Shown: positions 15,339 through 28,815, counted from the first letter of the whole stretch. The stretch: 63,410 nt of DNA, filler included, from Octopus bimaculoides (GCF_001194135.2; 10 parts of 10 records of this genome joined end to end with filler, not necessarily neighbours in it), one strand, 5' to 3'. Numbers and translations: made by a program. Notes: generated by a model not told the origin, from the letters alone.

Positions 15339-16215
15339 TGTATTACTGTTGGGTATTGCTGAGGGTGAAGCAATAACAGTTGATAATATCCATACAGTCT
15401 TCCAGCCAACGTTGCACATAGAAAGGAATTTTCAGAGCACCCAATGTATTACGAGCGCTCTGATGCACCTATGATTCCGTAAATCGCATTCGTATTGTTA
15501 TTTTGTATGACTTAAAGAAGGAAAAAGAGGTTTCCATATCCTCTCTAAGGTTCCAGTGACATGAAATGAAGGGAGGAAATTGCTCTCAAACCAGATTACT
15601 GATTTCAGACCGGGTGGACTTTGGTGAAGACTTATAAAGACAGGGGGCGCTGGTTAAGTCTATACAGCGGATATCCACACTCTTCGAGACCTAGAAAGCC
15701 CTTACGTCGGTGCACATTCTGCTGGAGGTGGCAACCATATCTGCCACAAATTGCACCCAACCAAATTAGAAATAAAGGATGTATTAGATGAAATGGGTCT
15801 CAATTCACAACTAATATTCTATTGATCATAAGTCTCACATGAGACTAAACAAATATCAATTTTAAGATTCGGGGTATTTAGGTGATCGCTTCATATGCAA
15901 GAAATAATAACCAAAACTCGTTCAAATCTTATTCTAGTGAAAGACATATGGCATAACATAGTCATGGATATCCAGTTTGATATGGATATCAGTTTCAAAT
16001 TTTAGCACAAGCCCATCAATTTCAGAGGAGGAAGATGAGGCGGAGGAGGAATTTGATTTCAAGGACCCCAGTACTCAACTGGTACATATTTAATCGACTC
16101 TGAAAGGATGAACGGTTAAATCGACCATGGCGGAATTTGAACTCAGAACATAAAGACGGACGAAATGCCGCTAAGCATTTTGTCCGGCGTGCTAACGATT
16201 TTGGCAGCTCGCCAC

Positions 16216-16294
16216 CAGTCTGTAATATTGACCGAATGTTCAAGTCTGAAATATTGACCGAATGTTCCAGTCTGAAATATTGACCGAATGTTCA
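16216..16294. repeat. 26-bp minisatellite x3
   Basis: AGTCTGAAATATTGACCGAATGTTC(C/A) repeated three times. Confidence 0.9.
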
Positions 16295-18326
16295 CAAATG
16301 CAGTGGCTTTGATGAAAGGTAACGAACAATAATCTATACGGTGGATATCCACATTCTTCGATATCTAGAAATCCCTTACGTCGTTGTACGTTCTGCAGGA
16401 GATGGCAACTATATCTACCCCAAATTGCACCCAACTGCATTTGAATTAAAAAACGTATTAGATTAAATAATCCAAAATTCAGGAAACCTTTGACTCTAAA
16501 CACTCCCTGAAATTTATTCACGAGCTTTCATGCGGTCCATGACTACAGTAAAATACACTTGCCCAAAGAGCTACGCATTTAAATTAAACTCGAAACCATA
16601 TAGTTGCGAGACTTAACTAAATGGACTGCAATTTATACGCTAGGTCAGACAGACCTAGGCTCAAGACCCTGGAACTCCCGAATCATTGGCTGAATGCGAT
16701 TTCAATGCAGAACAATTCATATCATCGACGCAATATGTGTTTCAGACATATTACATGGAAAATGCGACTGTATTCTAGCTCTATGTGTCAATGACTTCTC
16801 ATAGTTTCGTAAAAACATTACGACTGAATAATAAATCTGAGGATGAAAATTCATATTCTAGCTATAGAAGTTCCTCTTCCTGCTAGAAATAGTCACCCAA
16901 TATCTCTGAAAGTATATACTAAAGGAAGCATATATTTGTTCCTTATTTAGGCTCCTGGCGTGCAGTTTTGAGGAATGGACATTAGTCGATGCTATTAACT
17001 CCAATATTTGTGTGGTTCCACATTTTATCAACCTCGGAGAAATGAAAGTAGAGTTGACCTCAGCTGGACTTACACTCAGAAGGTACAGAACCGGAATAAG
17101 TAACGGAAAGCATTTGTTTCGATGCTCGAAAAATTCAATAAAACGCAGTCTTAAGGCGGCCTGCTGGCAAAATCGTTAGTACACGGGGCAAAATGCTTAG
17201 CGGCATTTCGCCAGTCTTTACGGTCTGAGTTCAAATTCCGACGAGGCCGACTTCGCCTTTCACCCTTACAGGATTCATAAAATAAATATCAGCTGAACAC
17301 TGAGTTTCGAACTTGCTGATCATGTGTGAAAATTTGAAACCAACAAAACACTTTTGGATATACCTACAGAAGAGCTTTGAACGGAATGTCTTTGATCAGA
17401 GGTCTGCTCTCAGTTAGATCTGACCTATGGCTATAATAACCAATTGAACTCTTTGTCCGCTTTCGTACCTTCTTCACCTCCTTCTTCTACTCCTCTTCTT
17501 TCCTAAGACTGTATATAGTATTAAATGTGATGAGTAACAGCGAAATGAGAAAAAGAAGAAAACACGTGTAGACAAAACGAAAACAAGCGGAAAGCAATAT
17601 TTTAAACTATTTTAAATATAGAAATATTGGGGGGACAGCAGAACGACAAATGTTAATTAAAAACCAACGTGAAAACTAGAAGGTTACCCAACATAAAATA
17701 GAATATAATAGAAACCTCTGCGAATGTTTTGAAATAGAGAATTGGCGTATGAAGGGGTTGATGGCAATTGGGAGTAGAACACTTATTATGGGAGTTAGTT
17801 CTTTCTTTGTTCTGAAAGTAACCAGTAACCAAAAACGAGATTGATGAGGCAATTGATTGAGAAAAAGAAAAAAAGAAAGAAAGAAAAAAGATAATAGAAG
17901 AAAAAAAAAGGAGAAAGGTAAATCTAATTAGTTAGAATGAAGGAAAAACTGCAACGAGTGATAACAGAATATAAATACAAACACAAAAAAAGGAAAAGAA
18001 GAAACCTGAGCATTTACAGTAGGTGGGCATTATTTCGGAAAAAAAAGATTGCTACTGTATTTCTACTTATTACAATTACTAGGTAGATATAAATAACACT
18101 TGTTAATGAAGAATGATGGATGGGGGGGAGGAGGCGGTAAGAGGTTGTGGTGGTGGTGGTGGTGGTGTTGGTGGTGGAGCTAGGATCTGTGGTGTTGGTG
18201 GTGGAGTAAATAGTGACCGTTGGTGGAACTGGTGGTTGTGGTGATGATGTTGACGGTGCTGGTGGTGCTGGCGGTGATTTGCTAGCGTATGTGTTTGTGT
18301 CTGGAATTTTCTGTTGTTTCCCAGGC

Positions 18327-18397
<71 letters not shown>

Positions 18398-18738
18398 NNN
18401 NNNNNNNNNNNNNNNNNNNNNNNNNNNNNNNNNNNNNNNNNTTAATTAATTAANNNNNNNNNNNNNNNNNNNNNNNNNNNNNNNNNNNNNNNNNNNNATG
18501 GACTTAATATGTATTTTGGTTTAAGTACAGCCACCTGGTCCACACACCGTTACAAACATTCAAACCAGATTTCTAGTTTGAAGATAATCATTCTCTCTCT
18601 CCTTCCTCCCCACCCACCAGTGTCTTGCATGCCCTGTAAAGGGTCACAGGCATTGTTCTTTGTTTCCGAAGAGACGAAATTATCCTTAGATAAGTAGTCA
18701 GGTTCGAATGTTTGCCAGGTAACAGAGTTCACTTAAAG

Positions 18739-19130
18739 CAGTGGTTCTCGCCCGGGCTACATATGACCCCCGTGAGAGCGGCCATATAAGTTTTTTTTGG
18801 AGCCCACGCATGCAAAAGAGTATATTTGGGGATACACAACAGCATTTTCGGGGCTCCTGGAAAATTTTTACTTTTGATGTATTTATTGCAAGAAAAAGCT
18901 AGCTTTCTTTCTCACACATTTTACATAGTTTAACATGTTTCTGGCCACGGAAATATGTTCTCTCAGTGCTGTTACAAACCTATACAAGTGAATGTGTGAA
19001 AAATAAAATAAGAATGTTGAAAGAAGTATCTATAAAACTAGTTTTTAACCATCGAATGTCTATGGGAGTCCACCAGAATGAAATAGAAATCAAATGGGAC
19101 CATAGGTTAAAAAATGGTTGAGAATATTAG
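18739..19130. mobile_element. hAT (Charlie-like) non-autonomous element
   Basis: Starts CAGTGGTTCTC and ends GGTTGAGAATATTAG (degenerate reverse complement). Imperfect 8-bp flanks ACTTAAAG / CTTAAAAG. Confidence 0.5.
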
Positions 19131-19287
19131 CTTAAAAGCTTACCACGACAGAAGATTGTACCGTTAAGTCTTCTGTTACCATATTCTTTACATTTTATAT
19201 TAAGATATACTGCCATTGTTGAAGTTCTTTTCTTAAATAGGGAAGAATTTAGTAAAATATTTTGGTCATTATTAAAACGGGGTTTTG

Positions 19288-19890
19288 AAGGTGGTGAGCT
19301 GGCAGAATCGTTAGCACGCTGGATGGAATACTTAGCGGTATTTCGCCCGTAGCTACGTTCTGAATTCAAATTCCACCGAGGTTACATAGCCGTTCATCCT
19401 TTTGGAGTCGATATATTAAGTACCACTGAAACACTGGGGTCGATGTGATCAACTTAATCCCCTCCTCCAAGCTGCTCTTGTGGCAAAAATTTGAAATTGT
19501 TATTAAAATGGGGTTCAAGGCAGTGAGCTGATAGAATTGTTAACACGCCGGATGAAATAGTTAGCGGCGTCTGGTCTGTCTTTACGTTGTGTGTTCAAAT
19601 TCTGCCGGTGTCAGTTTTGTCTTTCATCCTTCCGAGGTCGATGAAATAATGACCAGTCGAGCAATAGGGTCGATGCAATCGACTATCCCCGCTCCCCCAA
19701 AATTCCAGGCCCCGTGTCTGTAGTAGAAAGGATTATTTAATTGGGACTTAAAGGCGACGATCTCGCAGAATTATTAGCGCTTCAGACAAAAATGCTTAGC
19801 AATATTTCTGCCGGATCTTTAGGTTTTGAATTCAAATTCCGCTATGGTTGACATTGCTTTCAGCCTTTTGAGATCGATAAAAAATAAAAC
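19288..19890 (+). mobile_element. Three head-to-tail copies of SINE family C
   Basis: Each begins AAGG(C/T)G-like ...GCTGGCAGAATCGTTAGCACG and carries (C/G)CCTTTCATCC..GGTCGAT..AA...ACCA, which resembles the MetaSINE central domain as I recall it. Other copies at about 2196-2320, 16056-16216, 17152-17310, 30045-30110, 44700-44893. Confidence 0.75.
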
Positions 19891-22149
19891 CACCCTTCAA
19901 AATTACTGGCCTTAATTCCAAAGTAGAATTATTAAATTGGAGATTGCAACATAAATTAACATGAAATTTTGATGGAAGATCTTAATTTAGACCAGTTTAA
20001 AACAGGGAGTTTGTACTAAAAGATTAGGGACTTCAGCTGGGCTTTGGGACATAAATTAACTTAAAATATTGACGTAAGGTTTTAGTTTAAGTCACTTTAA
20101 AATAGTGGGGGAGGCTGCATCATAGAACTATAGGTTGATCTCAAAAGGGTTAAAATTGGTTATTCGATTACTATTTTCCCGTACAGAGGTGTGGTTTTTC
20201 AGTGAGATTTGACTACTATTTCAAGTATACAGCGTGAACCACATAACAGGCAACCTAACCCTCGAAGACTTGAGAATGACAAAATCTCACAAGCCAGAAT
20301 GTGCATGTGCGTGGGTGGGTGCGTGTGTGTTTGTGTGTGTGGACCAGGTGGCTGTACTTAAACCAAAATACATATTAAGTCCATTACTCATATTAGCTAT
20401 GGTGGGATTTTGAATTCGGGTGGCAAAGAACAAAAAGTACCACAAGTAGTTAGGGTGATGCACTCACGAACTGCCGACTATGGGTTTGATTCCTGGATCG
20501 GACGACATTTCATTTCACGTTGTTCTAGTGCCATATGGGAACGGGCATGTCAAAGAATTGACCCAACGTTTCCTCTGTGTCGTAAAAGGCGACTAAAAAG
20601 AGGTTGAGGTAGGATTTGCTCTCCGACCTCACTAACAACGATTACCCAAACAGACCCATGAGTTGGAAGGTTGTCGCTTGAATGGTGCAAAAATGTCCTC
20701 CGCCAGGAGTTGTAGAGTATCACATCGCATGTCCTCCACCCCGTAGTACTATTGCCATAGCACCTTAGTAAAGAGCAGAAAGCAGTGCTTCGCAACTGGT
20801 ATGCCGCGACACACTGGTGTGCTACGAGACGATGCTAGGTGTGCCGCGGTGTAACCTGAATATAATTCATTTCCCTATACTGTGAGTTATATATTTTTAG
20901 TACAGGTGTACCGCCGAAATTTGAAAAGGAAATAAGTATACCGCAACTGGAAAAAGGCTGCCGGGTACTAGTATGAAGTAAAATTCCTTCCCGAATCATA
21001 ATGACTCATAAGGCCGGTTTCCAAGTTTCCATGACATATATATACCCTCCTGGATGAGACGCCGGTCTGTTGCAAGGTTACTCATTTTTTCCAGCCCAGG
21101 CAACTAAAACAACGTAAAATGAAGTGCTTTGCTCAAGAACACAACGCGTCGCCCGGTCTAGGAATTGAAACCACAATCTTACAATCATGATTCCAACACT
21201 CTAACCACTTAGACACGCACCTCTAGCACCTTAGACTTAATTTATTTATCACATTCCAGAAAAGAAACAATAGCAAGACAAAACATACCCATCAGGAGAA
21301 TAACAGGGGCTGGTTTTTATCCTTAGTTAATCTCTGAAAATAAAGGTAACTTATGGTGATGTGTTATGCATCCAACAGCTTTTGTGCATCCGATATATAT
21401 ATCTTTATAACTGCTATGCGTTACTTAATGGTAGATTTAGACAGAAGTCTGGAAACTGTTTTTATTTTAAGATAAGAACACTATAGACTTATTGGCAGTT
21501 AGCGGATCCGAATGATTAATCTTAACGTTGAAAAAATTTGTCAAACGTTCAAAGGATTCTTAACTTGTTTTCTGGAGAGAGACATACGTACGTACGCATG
21601 CATGCTCGCACTCACACACACAAATTACACAAATGCACGCATACATACGCGTACACAGTGCACACACGCGTCCCCAGTGTACACACGCATACACATACAT
21701 ACACACGCACGATGCTCACGCGCACACACGCACGCACGCTCGCTCGCACACATACACAAATCACACACATGCGCACACACATACGCGTACACAGCGTACA
21801 CATACATACACACGCACGCACTCTTACGAACACACACATTGGATGCGTTCATACAGATGTGTGTGTGCGTATGTATACATACATGCATTAATACGAGACA
21901 TGCATATTTTAAAGCTAACACACACATACACATATAATGCATACAGTGATACCTATACATATACATACACACATACATAATCACACACACATACATATAT
22001 ATTTATGCATGTATATATGTATATACGCATATATAATATACATAAATTTTAATATACACAGCAATTTCTCCAGTGTATCAACGTTAGCTAAGATATACAG
22101 ATTACTCTTTTGAACTAATACTGCTTCCGTTGCCAGCAGCAAGTACATA

Positions 22150-23200
22150 TTGGGTTGACCAAAAAGTCCGTTAGGTTTTTGTCGACACTAAACTTCAAGC
22201 ACTCTAACAAGTAGCTAACTTCAGCCTGTCCCTTGCGCATGCGCACGCGTACGCAAAAAAAAATGAAGTAATTAGTCGGCAATCAAACCACATTGGTTGA
22301 TTCTCTTTTACTCTTTTACTTGTTTCAGTCATTTGACTGTGGCCATGCTGGAGCACCGCCTTTAGTCAAGCAAATCGACCCCAGGACTTATTGTTTGTAA
22401 GCCTAGTACTTATTCTATCGGTATCTTTTGCCGAACCACTAAGTAACGGGGACGTTAACACACTAGCATCGGTTGTCAAGCGATGTTGGGGGGACAAACA
22501 CAGACACACAAACATATACACACGCACATACATATATATATATACATATATACGACGGGCTCCATTCAGTTTCCGTCTACCAAATCCACTCACAAGGCTT
22601 TGGTAGGCCCGAGGCTATAGTAGAAGACACTTGCCCAAGGTGCCACGCAGTGGGACTGAACCCGGAGCCATGTGGTTGGTAAGCAAGCTACTTACCACTC
22701 AGCCACTCGCAGATATTCTCTAAGTATCCAAATCAAGTTTTGAAAACCATTTGCATCAGTTTGGTTACATCAACAGGATCGATGTTTGAACTCCACATCA
22801 ATTGAATGAGGTGGACCTCACCCAAGGGATTTCCGTCTGTGATTTGTTGCAGAAACTTGAAGAAACGATCCTTCACTTCTTTACAGACGCGCCAGAAGTT
22901 ACTGAGTCTTGGCTGGGAAGATTTTCCGCACACCCCACATTCACCCGACCAGCATTGTTCCTTCAGATTTCTCACCTGTTTTCGTTGGGGATGTAAAAAT
23001 TCACCCGGAAGAGTTTTTCGCCAGTAAAAACAAGATTATCTTTGAGCAGGAAACAATGAATCTGCCGACAAGATGACAGAAGATACTGTAACAGAACGGT
23101 GATTATATCAATGATTGAATAAATAGCTTTTGTGTTTAGAACTTTTGTGTTATTTACGCTTAAAAAAAGCAAAAGAAACGGACTTTTTGGTAAACCCCAA
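22150..23200 (+). mobile_element. Internally deleted mariner with both TIRs, interrupted by a SINE
   Basis: TA|TTGGGTTGACCAAAAAGTCCGTT ... AACGGACTTTTTGGTAAACCCCAA|TA. Transposase remnants PHQLNE..L and QTRQKLLSLGWEDFPHTPHSPD (WVPHEL and YSPD motifs). Confidence 0.85.
22303..22710 (-). mobile_element. tRNA-derived SINE family A, full length, nested in mariner
   Basis: A box (TGGTAAGTAGC) and B box (GGTTCAGTCCC) on minus; internal (TA)/(TG) tract; tail AAGTAAAAGAGTAAAAGAG. Other copies at about 24535-24599, 27345-27600, 29440-29808, 33303-33560, 36085-36280, 42340-42440, 42790-43045. Confidence 0.85.
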
Positions 23201-24248
23201 TACATTCATACATACAGAGATTCATACATGCATACATATATAATACGCACACACAAACACACACGCACACACATATATATGCATACATTCGTTCATGCAT
23301 ACATACATGCATACAAGCATATATACACACGTACATATATTCATTCATATATACATACATATGTACATTCATTCACATATAAATACATACATACATACAT
23401 ACATGTATTAATGCTTACATACATACACACATACATATATATATACATACACACATACATACACACACATACATACATACACACATACATACACACATGC
23501 ATACATACATAGACACATACATACATACATACACACCTACCTACCTANNNNNNNNNNNNNNNNNNNNNNNNNNNNNNNNNNNNNNNNNNNNNNNNNNNNN
23601 NNNNNNNNNNNNNNNNNNNNNNNNNNNNNNNNNNNNNNNNNNNNNNNNNNNNNNNNNNNNNNNNNNNNNNNNNNNNNNNNNNNNNNNNNNNNNNNNNNNN
23701 NNNNNNNNNNNNNNNNNNNNNNNNNNNNNNNNNNNNNNNNNNNNNNNNNNNNNNNNNNNNNNNNNNNNNNNNNNNNNNNNNNNNNNNNNNNNNNNNNNNN
23801 NNNNNNNNNNNNNNNNNNNNNNNNNNNNNNNNNNNNNNNNNNNNNNNNNNNNNNNNNNNNNNNNNNNNNNNNNNNNNNNNNNNNNNNNNNNNNNNNNNNN
23901 NNNNNNNNNNNNNNNNNNNNNNNNNNNNNNNNNNNNNNNNNNNNNNNNNNNNNNNNNNNNNNNNNNNNNNNNNNNNNNNNNNNNNNNNNNNNNNNNNNNN
24001 NNNNNNNNNNNNNNNNNNNNNNNNNNNNNNNNNNNNNNNNNNNNNNNNNNNNNNNNNNNNNNNNNNNNNNNNNNNNNNNNNNNNNNNNNNNNNNNNNNNN
24101 NNNTAGATGATGATGTATAAAAGTCTCGATAAATTTTTGTTCCGATTAAATTTTAAAGTCATTCACAGCTTGAAACTTTTCTACTTTTTTTAAGATTGTT
24201 TTAATTCTTGCTGTGCAACACGAGCGGAGAGAAACAATGGGAACGAAT

Positions 24249-24296
<48 letters not shown>

Positions 24297-24699
24297 CTGA
24301 AGATTTTATTTGAATTATTTCTTTATGTCTGTATGTATGTAGTTATGTATGCATGTGAAGATGTGTGTATCAACGCATACACTCACATCTGTACAAGCGT
24401 ACGTACATATGTATGTATATATGTATGTAAGTATGTATGTATGTATGTATGTATGTATGTACATATGTATGTATGCATCTTTGTATTTAAGTATGTATGC
24501 ATGTGTGTATGTATATATACATGTATATGTATAGGCGTAAGAGTGGCTCTGTGGTAAGTATCTTGCTTACCAACCACATGGTTCTGGGTTCAGTCCCACN
24601 NNNNNNNNNNNNNNNNNNNNNNNNNNNNNNNNNNNNNNNNNNNTTAATTAATTAANNNNNNNNNNNNNNNNNNNNNNNNNNNNNNNNNNNNNNNNNNNN

Positions 24700-24758
<59 letters not shown>

Positions 24759-25916
24759 CATATATATAAATGTATTTTCTGTATATATGAATATACATTT
24801 ATACATATAAGTACATGCATATATATATATATACATATACATATATATATGTACGTATACATAAATATATATGTATATATAGATATATACATATATATAT
24901 ATATGTATGAATATATATATACATATACGCACGCACACACACACGCAAATATATATGCATACAAACGTACATGTATATGTATGCGTGTATGTATTTCCAT
25001 TAGTCAGAATGAGATAAAGTGCATACATATCAAAACATATATACCATATATTACTTACACATTTGCACACCTACACGTATATACACACACACACACACAT
25101 TGTGCATGTAGCTTTACTTTTTTTCTTCCCCTCACCCGTTTTTTTTTTTGCTCCTTTTTATTTTTTCCGTCATGGAACAGAACTATAATTAATGTGAAAT
25201 GTCAAGAATCTTGCATAAAAGGCCTACCTAGTCACACTTGACAAACACACGGATCCTCTGCTCGCCGCTCCTGGTTACAAAGATATCAAAAATGATTGGT
25301 GGTTGACAGAGAGAAGTGAAGAAAAAAATCAAAATAAATCTTGGTTTCCTTATTTGTTATTGTTGTTGTTTATTAAAAAATTATTTTGGGAAATTTATAT
25401 AAGAATTCTATTTTTATTTCATTGCGTATTTGAGTCTTTCTTGGGTTGAATAATCCGATTGCAATGATATCATGGTTGCGTGATGAGAGGTTCTTCTCTT
25501 GTACTCTTCACACGCAGCAGCACTTATTGAAACCTAACTTGCAGTATCTCTGATGTGAAAGTTGCCACGAGGTTGGCTGGGGACGCTTATTTATTGACAT
25601 GAGCGTGACTTCTACAAAAATGTTCTGTTGCATTTGGCTGTGTGGTTAAGAAGTCCGTTTCTCCAATAACTCTGACGCTTCGTGTTCAAACACAAGCTGC
25701 TGCACCTCGGTCGGGCCAATGCTTTGTCACTAAATTTACAAGTCGAAACTACCGGGAAGCTCACCATATAATTCTCATTCCTAAGGTATTTTTCGCTCTT
25801 ATCATTATTATTATTATTATTACTGAGGTCACTGCCTGGAATATAACTCGGAATCTTCTGGTTAGTAGCTTGCATTCTTAACCACTACGCCATATGCCCG
25901 GTCGAAATTTCTCCCA

Positions 25917-25962
25917 GACATCTGATGAAGGCTAGAGGGTATATCAGCCGAAACGTTGTGTT
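25917..25962 (+). ncRNA. Candidate minimal type I hammerhead ribozyme (Penelope pLTR type)
   Basis: Stem I GACAU/GUGUU (two G-U pairs); CUGAUGA 25922-28 plus an extra A; stem II GGCU/AGCC; GAAA 25950-53; palindromic ACGU stem III with no loop; GUU triplet with cleavage after 25957. Confidence 0.7.
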
Positions 25963-27308
25963 AACCACAAACAAAATGAGGACAAATATCCGTCAAATTT
26001 AAATAATGTAAATAATGTACATAATTCCTCATCTCTTAAATATTGAACTGTATTTAGTATTTTCTTGGTTACATTTATTTAACATCACTTTGTTTTTGTT
26101 GTTACTTTTGTGTGTGTTTTTTAAATAAAAATGTTATGCTGTGAACTAAAGAATTTGATGTTTCTAGCAAGTCCCTGACCTGATCCCAACTCCCGCAAAT
26201 TCTCATCACGTTGGTTCATCACAGCCTTCTTTTTACAGGTGGTAGAGTGAAATCCCAGTGAGATTTGCCTGTTACTTCTAGAAACTTTTNNNNNNNNNNN
26301 NNNNNNNNNNNNNNNNNNNNNNNNNNNNNNNNNNNNNNNNNNNNNNNNNNNNNNNNNNNNNNNNNNNNNNNNNNNNNNNNNNNNNNNNNNNNNNNNNNNN
26401 NNNNNNNNNNNNNNNNNNNNNNNNNNNNNNNNNNNNNNNNNNNNNNNNNNNNNNNNNNNNNNNNNNNNNNNNNNNNNNNNNNNNNNNNNNNNNNNNNNNN
26501 NNNNNNNNNNNNNNNNNNNNNNNNNNNNNNNNNNNNNNNNNNNNNNNNNNNNNNNNNNNNNNNNNNNNNNNNNNNNNNNNNNNNNNNNNNNNNNNNNNNN
26601 NNNNNNNNNNNNNNNNNNNNNNNNNNNNNNNNNNNNNNNNNNNNNNNNNNNNNNNNNNNNNNNNNNNNNNNNNNNNNNNNNNNNNNNNNNNTATATATAT
26701 ATATATATATGTATAGTTGGAATTTACAAAATAAAACGAAACAAAACAAAAGACGAAGACGGGTGTGTAAACAACGAACAGATGTATTAGTTTAACGCTC
26801 GGGAAATGAGAAAGTATTTTACGCTTCGAGCCTACGCTCTTCGACAAAAAGGAACACAGAAATAAACAGGAGAGGAAATAAAAAAGGTTTAGTGGCTAGC
26901 TGTCAATCATAGTGAATGCCGGACAGAGGTGGTCAGACAGGAGAGCTAGGAAGAAGGGGAGATAAAACAAGTTAGGTAATCCCAAAACGAAGGTGCCCGT
27001 GCGTGTGTATGTGAGAGCGTGTATGTGTGTGTGGATGGGGCTAGTGACCTTGACGTGTGCGTGTTTGCGGGGTGGTGTGATGTGGTGTGGTGTGTGGTAT
27101 GGTGGTATGTATGTATGTATATATATATACAAATATATATATATATANNNNNNNNNNGAAGTATATTTGCAACTTAAATGTGGCTGACCCCTAAGGGTGG
27201 ATGTTACAGTTGCTATTAGCCCAAGGAGAACACCTCCTCCAGCTGGCTATTGACACAAATATGTGTCCTGTCTGTATTTTCAAAGGGAAGTCATCCTTCC
27301 CATCTTGA

Positions 27309-27349
<41 letters not shown>

Positions 27350-28367
27350 TTATGAGCCTGTGTCTTTGTGACTGTTTGTTCCACACAGCCACTTGACAAC
27401 CGGTATTGTTGTGTTTACTTCTCCGTCACTAGCAGTTCGACGAAAGGGACTGATTAAATAAATGCCAGACACCGGCTTAAAAAGTAAAAAAAAAAAACAA
27501 ATAATAAAATGCTGCGCTCTATTTGTTTGACTAAAACTTTTCAAAGTGGTGCTGCAGCATGGCCTCAGTCAAGTCACTGAAACAAGTAATAGGCAAAAGA
27601 TATACGAATACGGATGAACATGTCCAATCCGTGTGCGGTGTTTTATTCACGCCTAAACACACACATTTCTGTCCGTGTGCGCGTGTGTATTTGCACATAA
27701 GTGCCTTTAGATCTGCCAATAAACCGAGGTATAGCGTGGAAGCGAAACCCTGTCTCTTCATCATACACTTGTGTGCGTGTGCTGTCTAATACTCAGAAAA
27801 CGTGGTCTACAACATGCAAGCGAAACCCTTCGTGCATACTTTTTGACAAGAGACTCTGCTTCTAAGCCAAAACCTCAGCTACAGACCACCTCCATTAGTT
27901 ACTGGACTCCCTGATGCTGATGGTAAAATTATTTATCTCGGCACCATCGATGAACTTATAAATATTTTAACAAAGTAACTAACTGTTTGTTACAATATCA
28001 TAGCATTTAAATACAATTAGTTTTATCTTCCCAAGACTACAAGAACTAACATATATAAATACACTATTGATTAGTGTTAGTGTCTTAAATGTTATTTTTT
28101 GCTCCTACCTGATAGACTACAACATAACTCCATCAATCTATATTTAGTAGATTCTGTGTCGGCTGCCAATAATGCTTTCATTGATTGAATTTTGTCTACC
28201 TTTCTTCACCTCTCCTACAGGATAAATCTTTAAAATTTCGAGCCAAGATGCTTCATCGTGGTCAGCCAACTTGCTATAAATATTAGTTAAACCTCCCTCA
28301 AGTTGCATGCGCCATCTTGAAAAGCGGAAGGACATATTAGATAACATAATCTTCCACTTATATTTTG

Positions 28368-28749
28368 TGGCTCTCCGTCGGTTGCGACGACGAGGGTTCC
28401 TGTTGATCCGATCAACGGAACAGCCTGCTCGTGAAATTAACGTGCAAGTGGCTGAGTACTCCACGGATACGTGTTCCCTTAAAGTAGTTCTCGGGGGAGA
28501 TTCAGTGTGACACAGAGTGTGACAAGGCTGGCCCTTTGAAATACAGGTACAGGAGAAACAGGAAGAAAGAGTGAGAAAAAGTTGTGGGGAAAGAATAGAG
28601 CAGGGTTCGCCACCACTCCCTGCCGGAGCCGCGTGGAGCTTTAGGTGCTTTCGCTCAATAAACACTCATGACACCCGGTGTGGGAATCGAAACCGCGATC
28701 TTCCGACTACTAGTGCGCTGCCCTAACCACTGGGCCATTGCGCTTCCAC
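28368..28749 (-). mobile_element. SINE family B1 copy
   Basis: Colinear with 5776-6107, with a longer central segment. Confidence 0.85.
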
Positions 28750-28815
28750 TTCCACATATATACATATACTTATATACGTATGGATGTGTGTGTGTATGCA
28801 TATATACAAATCAAA

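Noticed and set aside
28144-28665. 173-aa minus ORF
   Set aside because: First ~100 codons are SINE B1; remainder has no recognisable similarity.
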